IMG/VR virus record: IMGVR_UViG_3300011334_000550
Span: 1-42,779 of that record
DNA: 42,779 nucleotides
From: a virus
Taxonomy: Duplodnaviria; Caudoviricetes
Strand: one strand, 5' to 3'
Position numbers and translations under genes: made by a program. Of the stretch, positions 16,297 to 26,452 are shown piece after piece. How positions within the stretch are numbered: the stretch's first letter is position 1; every line of letters begins with the position of its first letter. Under the pieces are notes generated by a model. It saw nothing but the letters and a program-made list of their open reading frames with translations, was not told the origin of the DNA and made no database searches.

Positions 16297-19200
16297 TTAT
16301 GGTCTAAAGCCTCCTAAATATCTAAAGCAAAATGTTTTTGTTGGATTTTTTTTCGTAATTTTCGACCAACTTTTAACAGTATAATTTTGTTGTATGGTTC
16401 CTTTTCTACTACCATTATATCCACTAGATGTATTTGAAATTACATCATATGTTCCATCAACATTTGTAGTGTCTATTACTACACCTACATGGCCTGATAC
16501 TGTAGCAGAAAATCTTTCAGTTATAATAATGTCTCCTGGTTTAGCATCTTTTAATGAATATTGATCCCATAATGAAGGATTGTTAGTAAAAAATGCATAT
16601 AAACCAGATGTTCCTACACTTCCAGGAAACTTAGCAATAGGCCATGTTGAAGGAACAGAAGATTGTTTTTGAGTAATAGAGTATCCTGTAGCTCTGTAGA
16701 ATATTAAAGAAACAGCTGCTGCACATCCCATATTGCCACTGTCTACAATATTTTTTGGTGGTGCAGGTGGTGGTGGTGCTGGATCATAAATATCAAAAGT
16801 GACAGCATCTAGGTTACATTTAGCTGACGTAACTATGTTTCCTATCCATTTTGTAATTCCTCCTCTATAGTCACCATTTGGATGTGAACTTACAGTAGAA
16901 ATTCCACATGATGTTACTAGTCCTGAAGATGTTTTAGCTGGTGTTTCTTTTTTTGCTAGTAGTGGTGCAGTATCTTTAGAAGGAATAACGTCTTTTTTAA
17001 CTACTACTGGATCTTTAACTGCAGATGATGCTTCTGCTTGTTTAGAAATACAATATGAATCTATTTTAGTTAGCCATTTATTGTCTGTTACTTCATGTGT
17101 TAAATTTTTAATTAAAAATTCTACAGTTTCTGGATAGTTTGAAGGTAAAAAATCAGTGTTAACTGTAAATTTTTCATTTATTTTCATACCTGATAGCCCA
17201 TCCATTGTTAAAGATAGGTTAAAAGGTATAAAACCATCTCTTGTATTAGATGGAGGAGGTGTAGGTTCATCAGCTTTTCTTGCTTTTAGTTCTTTTAATT
17301 TTTGTTCTAAATCTATAAGTTCTTTTAAAGATGTTTTATGTAAATTAATATCATCAATGTTATATTCAACACCATCCTTACTATGATAAAATTCAGCTGT
17401 GTAGCTCATATCATATAGAAATTTTTCAAATTCTTCATTTCTAATTTTTAAAAGTTCTTCTGTTTCTGCAATTGTTGATTTATCTTCTTCTTTAAGTAAC
17501 TTTTTAGGATCAATTATATTTACTACTATTTTTTTATATCTGTCTACTAGTCCTTTATTTATTCTAGACAATGCTGTGTTTTCTTCTCCAACTACGGATT
17601 TATTTGCTGCTGCGCCTACTGTTATCATAGTTGAAAAGGCAGGTGTAAGTTCTGTTTTAAAAGTAAAGTCTTTTATAAAACCAGCAGATGAGCCACTGTA
17701 TCCAAACAATTGAAATTTAGCAAGATCTGTTGAAATTTTTTGAGATGAATCTTGATGGGCATATGGAAAAAGAAATACATTATTATTCATAAATTCTAAT
17801 ACTGTGTCTCTATTTTTTAAAGGATTTTTGTCTATGATTTTAACCATGTTAAGTGTTTCATCAATAAAAACATCTAAATTGTTTAATCCTCCTAAACCTT
17901 CACTTATTCCATCTAATATCTTTTGCAAAAAATCAATTAATAATACATCTCCTTGTTCGTCTTTATTATTGTCTATAATTTCTAAAATAAATCTACTATT
18001 AACAAATACATTCATTATTTTACCATAACTTCCTATTGTTTTAAGGTTGTCACTTATGTATTTTCCTCCATCTTGAGGTAAAGTAGGTGGAAATTGTCCT
18101 TTATCTGTTGGAGCAAAAATATATGGAAATTTTAATGTATCACTAAATTCTTCATTTCCTGGGTTATAACTAAGATCTATTGTTCTGTTAACAACACAAA
18201 TTTTTGGGTCAAAACTTACTTGTCTATTATAAGCATTTATAATGTTAGTTTCTACATCATAGTCAAATCTTAATCCTGGTTTAGCTGGTGCATTAGCATC
18301 TACTCCTTTTTGTTGAAAAACAATAACATCTTGTAAAAATTGAAGAAATGTTCCTAATCTTACATATGTAAAAGGATCTGTTGCATCTAGACCAACACCA
18401 TTTGACATAGCATTATCCCAATTGATATTAATAAAATCTCTTTGGGTTTGAATCTTAAAATCATTAAGATTCATATTCATATTAATTGGAGGTGATTTTA
18501 GAGCATTTAACTTTTGTAAATAAGGAACACTTGACCATCTATCTGATGTATTAATACCTTGTTTATGTATAGAAAATACAAAACCAGCTGTTTTATCTGT
18601 ATCAGCGATTAATTTTGAATATATAAGATTAGCAAGTATCTGACCACCTGTTTGGTTATATGATGTAGCTTGCTCTGCAGTAGATATTTCTATTAAAGGC
18701 ATAGATAAAAAATCTCCAATAGCTGATTTTCCACGTGATAGGATGAATTGTTGTTGGATAGTAATATTTTCTGATTCTAAATTTATTTTTTGTTTTTTAG
18801 TTTGAATTGGGGACTTTGAAGCTACATTTACTTTTAAAGACTCAATTATGTCTCCAATGCTAGCTAAGTTAACTTCTATGTCGTAACTTCCATCTTTGTT
18901 TACAGACCAATGAAAATTAGTAACTTTAGCAAACATTGCATCATAATTTCCTTGAGAATCTAATCTGTTTTGATGAATTCTTTGTAAAAAATCATCATAA
19001 TTAAAATGTTTAAACTTTTCTCCTTTATCAGGAGGAGGATTTTTTATATTTCCACTACCTCTTAAAAAATCATCTGCTAAACTCCAGTTGTTTGTTGTTA
19101 AAGGATCATACTTATTATCATTATCTAAATATATAGCATTTCCCCATTCTAAAAGAACTTGAAATCCTAAACGTAAATATAAAACATCTATTATTTCAAA

Positions 19201-19656
19201 TTGAACTTTATTGTGGGCTCTTATTTTAACAACTGCTCGTCTTAATGAACCTCTGTTTTCATGATTGACAGTCATAGAAGTAATGCCCATCATTGGATTA
19301 ATGCCAAAGTCTGTTCCTCCTATGCCGTAGGCGTAGTTTCCTCCATCAAATGTATTAACAGGACTTACTCCACTTCTAAGTAACGCAGATGGTTCATCTG
19401 TTCCATTAAATAAAGTGTACTTTTTAGCTAAGTTATTTTCTGTTAGATTTAGTGCTTGAATAGAAGGATTATTGATTTTACTAACATCAGGTATGTTAAC
19501 AGAAGATAAAAGTTTAATCCATCCTGTGTTTGCATTTAGTACTAGTATTTCTTCATTAGTTCTTGTAGCTCCAGCATAACCTGAGCCGTAGGTTTTTTGT
19601 CTTCTATTTATTTGACCTATTATTTGTTCTGGTAAACCTTCTCCAAAAATGTTCAT
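16297..19656 (-). CDS. baseplate hub-like protein with C-terminal NlpC/P60/CHAP-type cell-wall hydrolase
   Basis: Position in the baseplate cluster; LRLGFQVLLEWG and NYDAM..KVTNF hub-type motifs; C-terminal GCAAAVS...PGDIII...GHVGVV. Confidence 0.7.
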   Translation of the reverse strand: MNIFGEGLPEQIIGQINRRQKTYGSGYAGATRTNEEILVLNANTGWIKLLSSVNIPDVSKINNPSIQALNLTENNLAKKYTLFNGTDEPSALLRSGVSPVNTFDGGNYAYGIGGTDFGINPMMGITSMTVNHENRGSLRRAVVKIRAHNKVQFEIIDVLYLRLGFQVLLEWGNAIYLDNDNKYDPLTTNNWSLADDFLRGSGNIKNPPPDKGEKFKHFNYDDFLQRIHQNRLDSQGNYDAMFAKVTNFHWSVNKDGSYDIEVNLASIGDIIESLKVNVASKSPIQTKKQKINLESENITIQQQFILSRGKSAIGDFLSMPLIEISTAEQATSYNQTGGQILANLIYSKLIADTDKTAGFVFSIHKQGINTSDRWSSVPYLQKLNALKSPPINMNMNLNDFKIQTQRDFININWDNAMSNGVGLDATDPFTYVRLGTFLQFLQDVIVFQQKGVDANAPAKPGLRFDYDVETNIINAYNRQVSFDPKICVVNRTIDLSYNPGNEEFSDTLKFPYIFAPTDKGQFPPTLPQDGGKYISDNLKTIGSYGKIMNVFVNSRFILEIIDNNKDEQGDVLLIDFLQKILDGISEGLGGLNNLDVFIDETLNMVKIIDKNPLKNRDTVLEFMNNNVFLFPYAHQDSSQKISTDLAKFQLFGYSGSSAGFIKDFTFKTELTPAFSTMITVGAAANKSVVGEENTALSRINKGLVDRYKKIVVNIIDPKKLLKEEDKSTIAETEELLKIRNEEFEKFLYDMSYTAEFYHSKDGVEYNIDDINLHKTSLKELIDLEQKLKELKARKADEPTPPPSNTRDGFIPFNLSLTMDGLSGMKINEKFTVNTDFLPSNYPETVEFLIKNLTHEVTDNKWLTKIDSYCISKQAEASSAVKDPVVVKKDVIPSKDTAPLLAKKETPAKTSSGLVTSCGISTVSSHPNGDYRGGITKWIGNIVTSAKCNLDAVTFDIYDPAPPPPAPPKNIVDSGNMGCAAAVSLIFYRATGYSITQKQSSVPSTWPIAKFPGSVGTSGLYAFFTNNPSLWDQYSLKDAKPGDIIITERFSATVSGHVGVVIDTTNVDGTYDVISNTSSGYNGSRKGTIQQNYTVKSWSKITKKNPTKTFCFRYLGGFRP

Positions 19657-19657
19657 A

Positions 19658-19984
19658 TCATAAACCGTTTAAAAATTTAAAACTATTTAACACTGCTATG
19701 TAATTAGCAGGTATTCTTATTTGTAGTCCTTCAGGTATAACTAAAGAATCTTGTGGTAAGTCTGAAGGTAATGTTGTTCCTGCTATTGCTGTGTTTGCTG
19801 TTGATATAATCCACCATAGTGAACTGTCTTTATAGTATACATTTGCTAAAACATCAAATCTGTCGCCTTGACTTGTGTATACATAAATATCGTCACTTGT
19901 AGTAGGAATTTCAGGATAGCGTACAGTTTGATAAACTTGTTTTTTATCAATTGTAATAGTGGATATGTTTTGATAACGGTTCAT
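19658..19984 (-). CDS. LysM-like baseplate wedge protein (gp53/tail X-like)
   Basis: GDRFDVLANVYYKDSSLWWIISTAN...G.QIRIP. Confidence 0.85.
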   Translation of the reverse strand: MNRYQNISTITIDKKQVYQTVRYPEIPTTSDDIYVYTSQGDRFDVLANVYYKDSSLWWIISTANTAIAGTTLPSDLPQDSLVIPEGLQIRIPANYIAVLNSFKFLNGL

Positions 19985-19990
19985 TGTTTC

Positions 19991-21988
19991 TTATTTTTGA
20001 ATGGAAGCAGTGAAAGCATATGAAGATGAAAGTGGACTTATTGCTATAAATGGACTTTTGTCCCATATTCCTAATTCTGGAACAAAAGTGTGAATTGGAA
20101 TAAATTGAAATCCTTTAACTTTTATTAGGTGTGGAAGTTGACTTGTAGTGTCATCATCATCTCCTTTACTACCTATGCCTATTTCCCAAGTAGCATTATC
20201 TTCATTCATTTCATAAGAAAAACCAGTTATAATACCAGGTTGTTGAAAAAAATATCCTCCTATAGTTAATTTAACTATGTTTCCTCTCATGTATCCTTTA
20301 CTACTATAATCTGGGGCGCAAATTGAAGCTAAATAACTTAATTTTTTATACATTGGAATAAGTTCAGCTTTTGATTGGGCAGCTACTGTCCAAGATAATG
20401 AAACTTTTCTGTCAAATCCACTATAAGTGTAAAAATTTTCTCCTCTTCCTACATATCTTTCACCTTTCCACTCTGCTGAAAAGGAATCACTTATGCTGTC
20501 TAAAAAAGCTCTAAATTGAATAGTATCGGTTGCTGTTGGAACATTATTTGATATTTTTTCTATTTTAAAAGGAATTAAATCTTTATTTTTATCATTTATG
20601 TCACTAGCATTTATTTTGTCATATGAGTTAAAGGATGCTGCTCCTACAGGGATTGTTGATCCATTTCCTGCTCCCTGATCATAAAATTGTAAATTTTTGC
20701 CATTTCTATTTCCTGGATCTCCTAATTTTGCTTCTATATTTTTTTCAGTATAATCTGGGGCCATAGCTATTTCAGGAAAATTTTTACTTCTTAATAATGC
20801 TCTAAAATCACCTGGTGTAGTTAGACCTATTTTACCTATATAAATTGATGAACCTGAAGGTTTTGCAGTTTTATCTCTAACATCAGGGATATTTAAAATT
20901 TCTGTATAAAGATATGTTTGGGGTTCATTTGAAGAAATTTGATCAAAAATTGTTCCTCTTTTATCTTTAGATGTAAATTCTTTAGCTTTTGTTTCTAAAG
21001 AAATGATAGAAGTTCTTCTATCAAAATATATCTTATCTTGTTCATATTGTTCATATGGGGGTGTACCTAATGGAAAAGAGCTAACTATGTCTAATGATAC
21101 ACCTAGTGGAATTTGTTTTTCTTCAATAGATCTAAGTAAGGGAGTGGTAAAAACTGAATACTTAGATTTTCCTTGTGAAGTAAAAAAACCTGAGTTTTTT
21201 AATTCTATATTATTTTTACCTGTTCTTACACTATTTTTTCCATTACCAGTAGCAAATTTAATATTAGTTTTTCCAATTCCTAAAATAGATCCAGGGCCTC
21301 CAGGATATGATAAAATGTCTGATTGGATTTTTTCTGAGATTAAAAGATCATTGTATAATTCTAACAGTCTATTTCGTTTATTTGTAGTGATAGTAGTTAA
21401 TGTAATAAATGAATTTGATGAAGCCTCAAGATCTGATGATGTAAAAGAGGTAAAAGCAGGTAGTGATGTTTTTGTTTCTGTTGTTGGTTTAAGTTCACGT
21501 TTATTTGTATCTGTTACTGCAAAAAAGTATCCTCCCAATGATGTAGGATCTGTTGCTCCTGCTCCTACTCTAAAATTTTCAAATGGGTTTAGTCCTTGTT
21601 TGTTAGTGTGCAATCCAAAAGCAACGTCTCCTGCTTGAGCTAAAGTGCCTATAGGAGTGTATACTCCTTCATTTAACTTTCCACTAGCTTGAGTTTTTAC
21701 TGCTGTTCTAGAAAGTAAATTTTGTTTTGCTATAAATAAAAGACCACTAGGGTTTCTTACGTCAAAAAAATATTTTGACAGTCTTTCAACATCTTTAACA
21801 GAGTTAACAACTGCTTTAAGACCTCCTCTTACAACAAAATCTTGATTTAAATAGCCTAATCCACTTGACTCTTTGTCAAGAGCAGGAATGTCAGATTGAA
21901 CGTAAGGTTGGTTGCTGCTGCCACCAGCAACTCTATCTCTACCAAACTTAAGATCTCTTAGATTAGTTGTAAGATCTATTAGTGGCAT
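19991..21988 (-). CDS. tail tube initiator / baseplate protein (gp48/gp54-like C-terminal domain)
   Basis: FRAFLDSISDSFSAEW...YVGRGE.FYTYSGFDRKVSLSW...LTIG; lies between the tape measure and LysM genes. Confidence 0.7.
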   Translation of the reverse strand: MPLIDLTTNLRDLKFGRDRVAGGSSNQPYVQSDIPALDKESSGLGYLNQDFVVRGGLKAVVNSVKDVERLSKYFFDVRNPSGLLFIAKQNLLSRTAVKTQASGKLNEGVYTPIGTLAQAGDVAFGLHTNKQGLNPFENFRVGAGATDPTSLGGYFFAVTDTNKRELKPTTETKTSLPAFTSFTSSDLEASSNSFITLTTITTNKRNRLLELYNDLLISEKIQSDILSYPGGPGSILGIGKTNIKFATGNGKNSVRTGKNNIELKNSGFFTSQGKSKYSVFTTPLLRSIEEKQIPLGVSLDIVSSFPLGTPPYEQYEQDKIYFDRRTSIISLETKAKEFTSKDKRGTIFDQISSNEPQTYLYTEILNIPDVRDKTAKPSGSSIYIGKIGLTTPGDFRALLRSKNFPEIAMAPDYTEKNIEAKLGDPGNRNGKNLQFYDQGAGNGSTIPVGAASFNSYDKINASDINDKNKDLIPFKIEKISNNVPTATDTIQFRAFLDSISDSFSAEWKGERYVGRGENFYTYSGFDRKVSLSWTVAAQSKAELIPMYKKLSYLASICAPDYSSKGYMRGNIVKLTIGGYFFQQPGIITGFSYEMNEDNATWEIGIGSKGDDDDTTSQLPHLIKVKGFQFIPIHTFVPELGIWDKSPFIAISPLSSSYAFTASIQK

Positions 21989-21991
21989 AGC

Positions 21992-22264
21992 CTATTGAGG
22001 TAAGTTGTTAAGGTATTGAGTTGGTGTTGCTCCGTTTAAGTCTAACTGTGATGGTTGAGGTAAAATATTATTTGTACCATCATTGTATGCTTGATAAGCA
22101 GCATTTACTGTTGAAAAGTCAGATCCATCTACTGAATATCCTGGAGCTGCTCCATCTGCGTGCAATTTAGATAATGCTGTTGCTCCTTGATTAGTAGGAG
22201 GTGTTACTCCATTTCCATAAGAAAATGTAGAGCCGTTAGTTGTAAGTTGATTTAAAAGTCCCAT
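21992..22264 (-). CDS. small putative virion protein
   Basis: 90 aa, MGLLNQLTTNGS start, ATATTTATA box upstream. Confidence 0.7.
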   Translation of the reverse strand: MGLLNQLTTNGSTFSYGNGVTPPTNQGATALSKLHADGAAPGYSVDGSDFSTVNAAYQAYNDGTNNILPQPSQLDLNGATPTQYLNNLPQ

Positions 22265-22290
22265 GGTATGTATTTTTGTTATAAATATGA

Positions 22291-22779
22291 CTAAATATAT
22301 GGTTTATTATATATATCTTTTCCACTTTCAATAAATGTTAAATATGTGCCATTTGGGCTAAAACTTTGAGTAAATTTTGAAGGTGATGTTGATGGTTCAG
22401 CAAAATGTCCTCTTATTGGTGAAGTGTGTGTGGTTGTTAAAGGATATACTGTTGGATCATTAAGTGGATTAGTAGGAAATCCTCCATTTACTCCAGTATG
22501 TTCAGTGTCTAAATTTGTAATAGCTAAAATTCTTGGAATGTTTAAGTCATTTGACAAGTCACTGTTGTCTACAAGTAAGTTGTTTATGTGACTTAAGTAA
22601 GTGTCACCATTTCTTGCAAAGTTGTATATTTGATGAAAAGGCACAATTGGGCCTCCAGGATTGCTAAAAATGTTTGGTGTGCCTGTTACAGTAGCAGGAT
22701 ACTGTGTTGTTAAGTCTGGATTAAGTAAACTTCCTAACATTGTTGAACCTTGAAGTGTATATTTAGTTAATAGTCCCAT
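22291..22779 (-). CDS. putative virion protein, related N-terminus to 21992-22264
   Basis: 162 aa, MGLLTKYTLQGS start. Confidence 0.7.
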   Translation of the reverse strand: MGLLTKYTLQGSTMLGSLLNPDLTTQYPATVTGTPNIFSNPGGPIVPFHQIYNFARNGDTYLSHINNLLVDNSDLSNDLNIPRILAITNLDTEHTGVNGGFPTNPLNDPTVYPLTTTHTSPIRGHFAEPSTSPSKFTQSFSPNGTYLTFIESGKDIYNKPYI

Positions 22780-22782
22780 AGT

Positions 22783-25308
22783 TTATGCTGTTGTGTAATA
22801 TTGATTTTGTATTTGACTTATTCCAGATGTTGGTGTTGTAGGATTAACAGTGACATACACTGGTGTTGGAGATTGTTGTGTAAATTGGTTTGAGGAAGTA
22901 TTAGTTGCTCCACCATTACCTCTAAATGATGCATTACCAACAGCTACCATTTTTTGAGGAGTTACATATATGTTGTCTTCTTTAGCCGGTTTATACATTG
23001 TTCCTTTTGAAGTAATAGTTCTGTCTGGACCTTGTCCTTCTGCTGGAAAGTTTCCATCACCCATCATTTTACTATACATGCCCATTCCTATTGCTGTTGC
23101 CCCGGCCATTGCTGCTATAGCTAATATTGGTCCTATATAAGGAATTTTAGCTACATTTTCACCTACAGATACAACATAACCATACATACTTTTTAAAAAG
23201 TTTTTAGCCGCAATAGCTCCATTTCTTAACATCACCAATCCTCTTTTTTGTTCCATTGTAAGTCCTATTCCTGTTAAAATATTATAAGCACCTTGTAAAG
23301 CTACCATAGTTTTTTGAACTACCATTATTGTTTTTGCTATAGCATAAAATGAAGCTATTGCTACTACTATAGGAGAAATATATTTAAGTACTGTTCCAAA
23401 TCCTCCAGCTATTGTTCCTACAACACCTGAAATAACAGACAAAACAGGCAGTAAGGCATCCATAATAGGAGAGATTATAGCCATTATTGGCTCTGCTATA
23501 GACACAAATATTTCTTTCATTTTTTCAACAGCCATTGTTAATCTTTCTTGGGCACTTTGTTGTTTCATTAAGTTATCATAACCAGTTTCAGCTATTTGTT
23601 TTTCAGACATTCCTTGAGCACGAGCTGTACTTAATGCAGCTTGAGCATCAGCTAATTTGTCGCCTGATAGATTTTTTAGTGCTTCTTGATCTGTTAAAGT
23701 AGTAGCTAATTCATCACGTCCCATTCCAACAGCTGCAGCTATTGCCTCTTGTTGAATGCGATTCATTTTTCCAAATTCAGCTGCTGTTCCAAAGTTTTTA
23801 GCTAATTCTCTAGACAATCCTTCTGTGTCATTAGTTAAAGCATATAAACGAGCTTGTTCTAAATTTAAATCTTTTCCTGTTATTAATTCTGCAGACAATT
23901 CATTGTTAATAGAAGATTCAAAGTCTAATAATGAACCTGCTATTTTGTCAACTTGTGATAAACTCATTCCTAAAGCTTTTGCTTGAGCTGCTGCTGCTCC
24001 TAATTTTTCACCACTACCCCCTAATGAAAGTTTAATTGCGTCTGATGCTTTTGCAACATCTCGCATTATGTCTTTTTCATTTAGTAAAACTTTATTGTTT
24101 AAACCAGTTACTTTAGCAGCATGTAGTAAACTTGAAACGTTTTCATTTAAGTTTTTTCCTGTAGCTAAACTTGTTTTTTCAATTCCTAATAATTCCTCAT
24201 TAGTGAAACCTGCTTGTTCTCTTAATTTAGTCATGGCTATTAAGTCTCTTTCACTTGCCATAGCATTAGAACCTAAAGCTTTACCAATAGCCATCATAGA
24301 TTCTTGTAGTGCCCTTGTGTTTAAAGCAGCATCACCAGATAAATTACCTATTTGTGTAAGTTCTTCTCTTACATTTGCAGCTTCATTATATGTCATGTTG
24401 AAACCTTTAGCTAACTCTCCTGCTCCTTTATCAACACTTATTAAAGTATCAACTATTTGTGTTATAGCAAAATCTAATAGATTTGTTAAGGTTAGTTGTG
24501 CTTTTAATGCATTTCCTATATTTTTATATTTAGAAGTTTGGGTTTCAAGTTCTATATTTTGAGATTTTAATAATAAATTACTTTTTAAAAGTTCTTTTTT
24601 TCTATCTCTTTCAACTTGAGATAAATATTGATAAGGTCTTTGTAAACTTTTTAATTCATTATTATTTTCAGCTATTGCATCCTTATTAAGAAGAATTTGT
24701 TTTCGAGCGTTTTTAGTTTTCTCAATTGCATCATTAAATGGTTGAGATAAATCACCAAAACCTATTTTTGATAGAGCTTTTGTTACTCCCCCAACACCTG
24801 TTCCTAATAAACCTATTTCTTTATTAACTTGTTTTTGAATTTCAACTGTTCTTTCAATAGATTTATTAAATTTTTCTTCTGCGTCTATTGCTTGGTTAAG
24901 TTCATCCAGATTTTTTCCTGTAAGATTTCCCATGTTTTTAATGGTTATTAATTCATTAAATTTTGTTTTGGCTTGTCTTTGTAGGTTCTTAAGTTGTTTT
25001 TCACTTAAGTCGGATTCTCCTTTTCTATAATCTGAAACTTTTTGTGCTATACTCGCAATTCCATTAAGAGATTTTTTAGCATCTGAAAGGTAATTTTTTT
25101 GATTTGCTAATTCATTAACACTATCTTTAAATGAATTATATACATAATTCAAATCTGATGACATCTCACGAACTTCAGCACCTAAGCCAGAAAGTAATGC
25201 TTTAGCTTTTTCTAAATCCTTAATATCAAATGGAGTTAATGGATTTTTTCTAAGCTCAGCTCTAAGTTCATTTATTTTCTGATTTATGTCATTAATATCG
25301 TCAGTCAT
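22783..25308 (-). CDS. tape measure protein
   Basis: 841 aa, Ala/Leu/Lys-rich and helical, with C-terminal hydrophobic stretches; directly downstream of the chaperone pair. Confidence 0.85.
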   Translation of the reverse strand: MTDDINDINQKINELRAELRKNPLTPFDIKDLEKAKALLSGLGAEVREMSSDLNYVYNSFKDSVNELANQKNYLSDAKKSLNGIASIAQKVSDYRKGESDLSEKQLKNLQRQAKTKFNELITIKNMGNLTGKNLDELNQAIDAEEKFNKSIERTVEIQKQVNKEIGLLGTGVGGVTKALSKIGFGDLSQPFNDAIEKTKNARKQILLNKDAIAENNNELKSLQRPYQYLSQVERDRKKELLKSNLLLKSQNIELETQTSKYKNIGNALKAQLTLTNLLDFAITQIVDTLISVDKGAGELAKGFNMTYNEAANVREELTQIGNLSGDAALNTRALQESMMAIGKALGSNAMASERDLIAMTKLREQAGFTNEELLGIEKTSLATGKNLNENVSSLLHAAKVTGLNNKVLLNEKDIMRDVAKASDAIKLSLGGSGEKLGAAAAQAKALGMSLSQVDKIAGSLLDFESSINNELSAELITGKDLNLEQARLYALTNDTEGLSRELAKNFGTAAEFGKMNRIQQEAIAAAVGMGRDELATTLTDQEALKNLSGDKLADAQAALSTARAQGMSEKQIAETGYDNLMKQQSAQERLTMAVEKMKEIFVSIAEPIMAIISPIMDALLPVLSVISGVVGTIAGGFGTVLKYISPIVVAIASFYAIAKTIMVVQKTMVALQGAYNILTGIGLTMEQKRGLVMLRNGAIAAKNFLKSMYGYVVSVGENVAKIPYIGPILAIAAMAGATAIGMGMYSKMMGDGNFPAEGQGPDRTITSKGTMYKPAKEDNIYVTPQKMVAVGNASFRGNGGATNTSSNQFTQQSPTPVYVTVNPTTPTSGISQIQNQYYTTA

Positions 25309-25340
25309 TCTATAAAATGTTTATTTATTATAAATATTAA

Positions 25341-25656
25341 CTATTTATACTTTGTTGATTTACCTGAAGGAGTAACAGGTTTTGAAACACTATTCCAATT
25401 TTCACGGCTAATTTTACCAGAAGAATCCATTAGTGTGGATTTGTTAGAACCTCCATTAGAAGCATTTTCAGATGCTTCAGATTCTTTTTTGTAAAAATCA
25501 TTGATTTGGTTAAATGTAAATTGACGTAACCAGCGTGGCATGTTGTAAATTGTATTCCAGTCATATCCACCTTTACCATGAAATACTATTTCATGTATTT
25601 GGGTAAATAGGTTAGATCTTGCAATAGGTGCTGTGTTAGAAGTCAGGCCAAAAAAA
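25341..25656 (-). CDS. C-terminal tail-assembly chaperone segment (gp51/gpT-like), probably reached by frameshift
   Basis: IHEIVFHGKGGYDWNTIYNMPRWLR motif; no ATG before this block; overlaps the upstream gene in the +1 frame. Confidence 0.65.
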
Positions 25657-26373
25657 CTTAATCCCAACTGGAATATCGACTCCAACTGAGTCCCTGTCGG
25701 GAAAAAAAGTCAGATCTACATCTGGTTGTGTTTCTTTAATATGTTTTCTTAACTCTCGTGAGTCTCGAGCTAACAAGTGTTTGTCTACAAACTCTCGAAT
25801 TGTTTTTACTTCTCGATCTCCTCCAACAGATGTAATCATATATTTTAAACGTGTAGAAAGTTCAGGTGAAGCGTTTTTATTTATTTTTTTAAGACTGTCT
25901 AATTCTGTTGTAATTTTTTTCTCATCACCATGAGTTAATATTTTATAAGTGATGTTTACACCTGTAGATGGTAAAGTAAAGTCAAATTCATTAACACCTT
26001 TATTTTTTAATTCAAATGGTTTATTTTCAATTGTTGATAAATCTACAGTATGTTCTTCTCCATTGTAGTCAAATGAATAGTCTTTACCATATCCTAAAAT
26101 GCGAGCAGCTACCATTATAGCATTTTTATCTCCTACAATTAAGTCACTGTAGTTGATTTTAGACACAATTAAAGCTTGCATTACTTTGTCTAATACTGTG
26201 CCTTTTTGAATGTAAGACTGATTGGTTAAAATGTCCTCTTCCTTAGCTGTCATGTATTTCATGGTAATTTTACCACTTGACAAGATGTTGTCTTCAGGAT
26301 AAACTAAGCCTTTTGATGGCAATTCAATTTCTTCTGTTGGAAAGTCATATTTGACTTCATTGGTATTTTCCAT
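25636..26373 (-). CDS. baseplate hub/tail assembly chaperone (T4 gp26-like)
   Basis: IELPSKG, MTAKEEDIL, GDKNAIMVAARILGYG, duplicated LPS module, FFWPD end. Confidence 0.82.
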   Translation of the reverse strand: MENTNEVKYDFPTEEIELPSKGLVYPEDNILSSGKITMKYMTAKEEDILTNQSYIQKGTVLDKVMQALIVSKINYSDLIVGDKNAIMVAARILGYGKDYSFDYNGEEHTVDLSTIENKPFELKNKGVNEFDFTLPSTGVNITYKILTHGDEKKITTELDSLKKINKNASPELSTRLKYMITSVGGDREVKTIREFVDKHLLARDSRELRKHIKETQPDVDLTFFPDRDSVGVDIPVGIKFFWPDF

Positions 26374-26405
26374 AGATTTTATTAATGTAACTTATTGTTC
26401 ATATA

Positions 26406-26437
26406 TAAATATACGAAAAAAAAAGAAACCCACCAAG
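26406..26437 (-). promoter_or_regulatory. -33/-7 promoter overlapping an ATATTTATA box and a terminator
   Basis: CTTG-N20-TATATTTA. Confidence 0.55.
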
Positions 26438-26452
26438 TTTAAGTGAGTTCTT
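26416..26452 (-). terminator. intrinsic terminator after the endonuclease gene
   Basis: GAACTCAC/GTGGGTTT stem (with G-U pairs) followed by C and T9. Confidence 0.55.

Noticed and set aside
25702-25708. Canonical -1 slippery heptamer T_TTT_TTT
   Set aside because: The -1 frame stops at TAA after about 15 codons, so it cannot make the extended chaperone.
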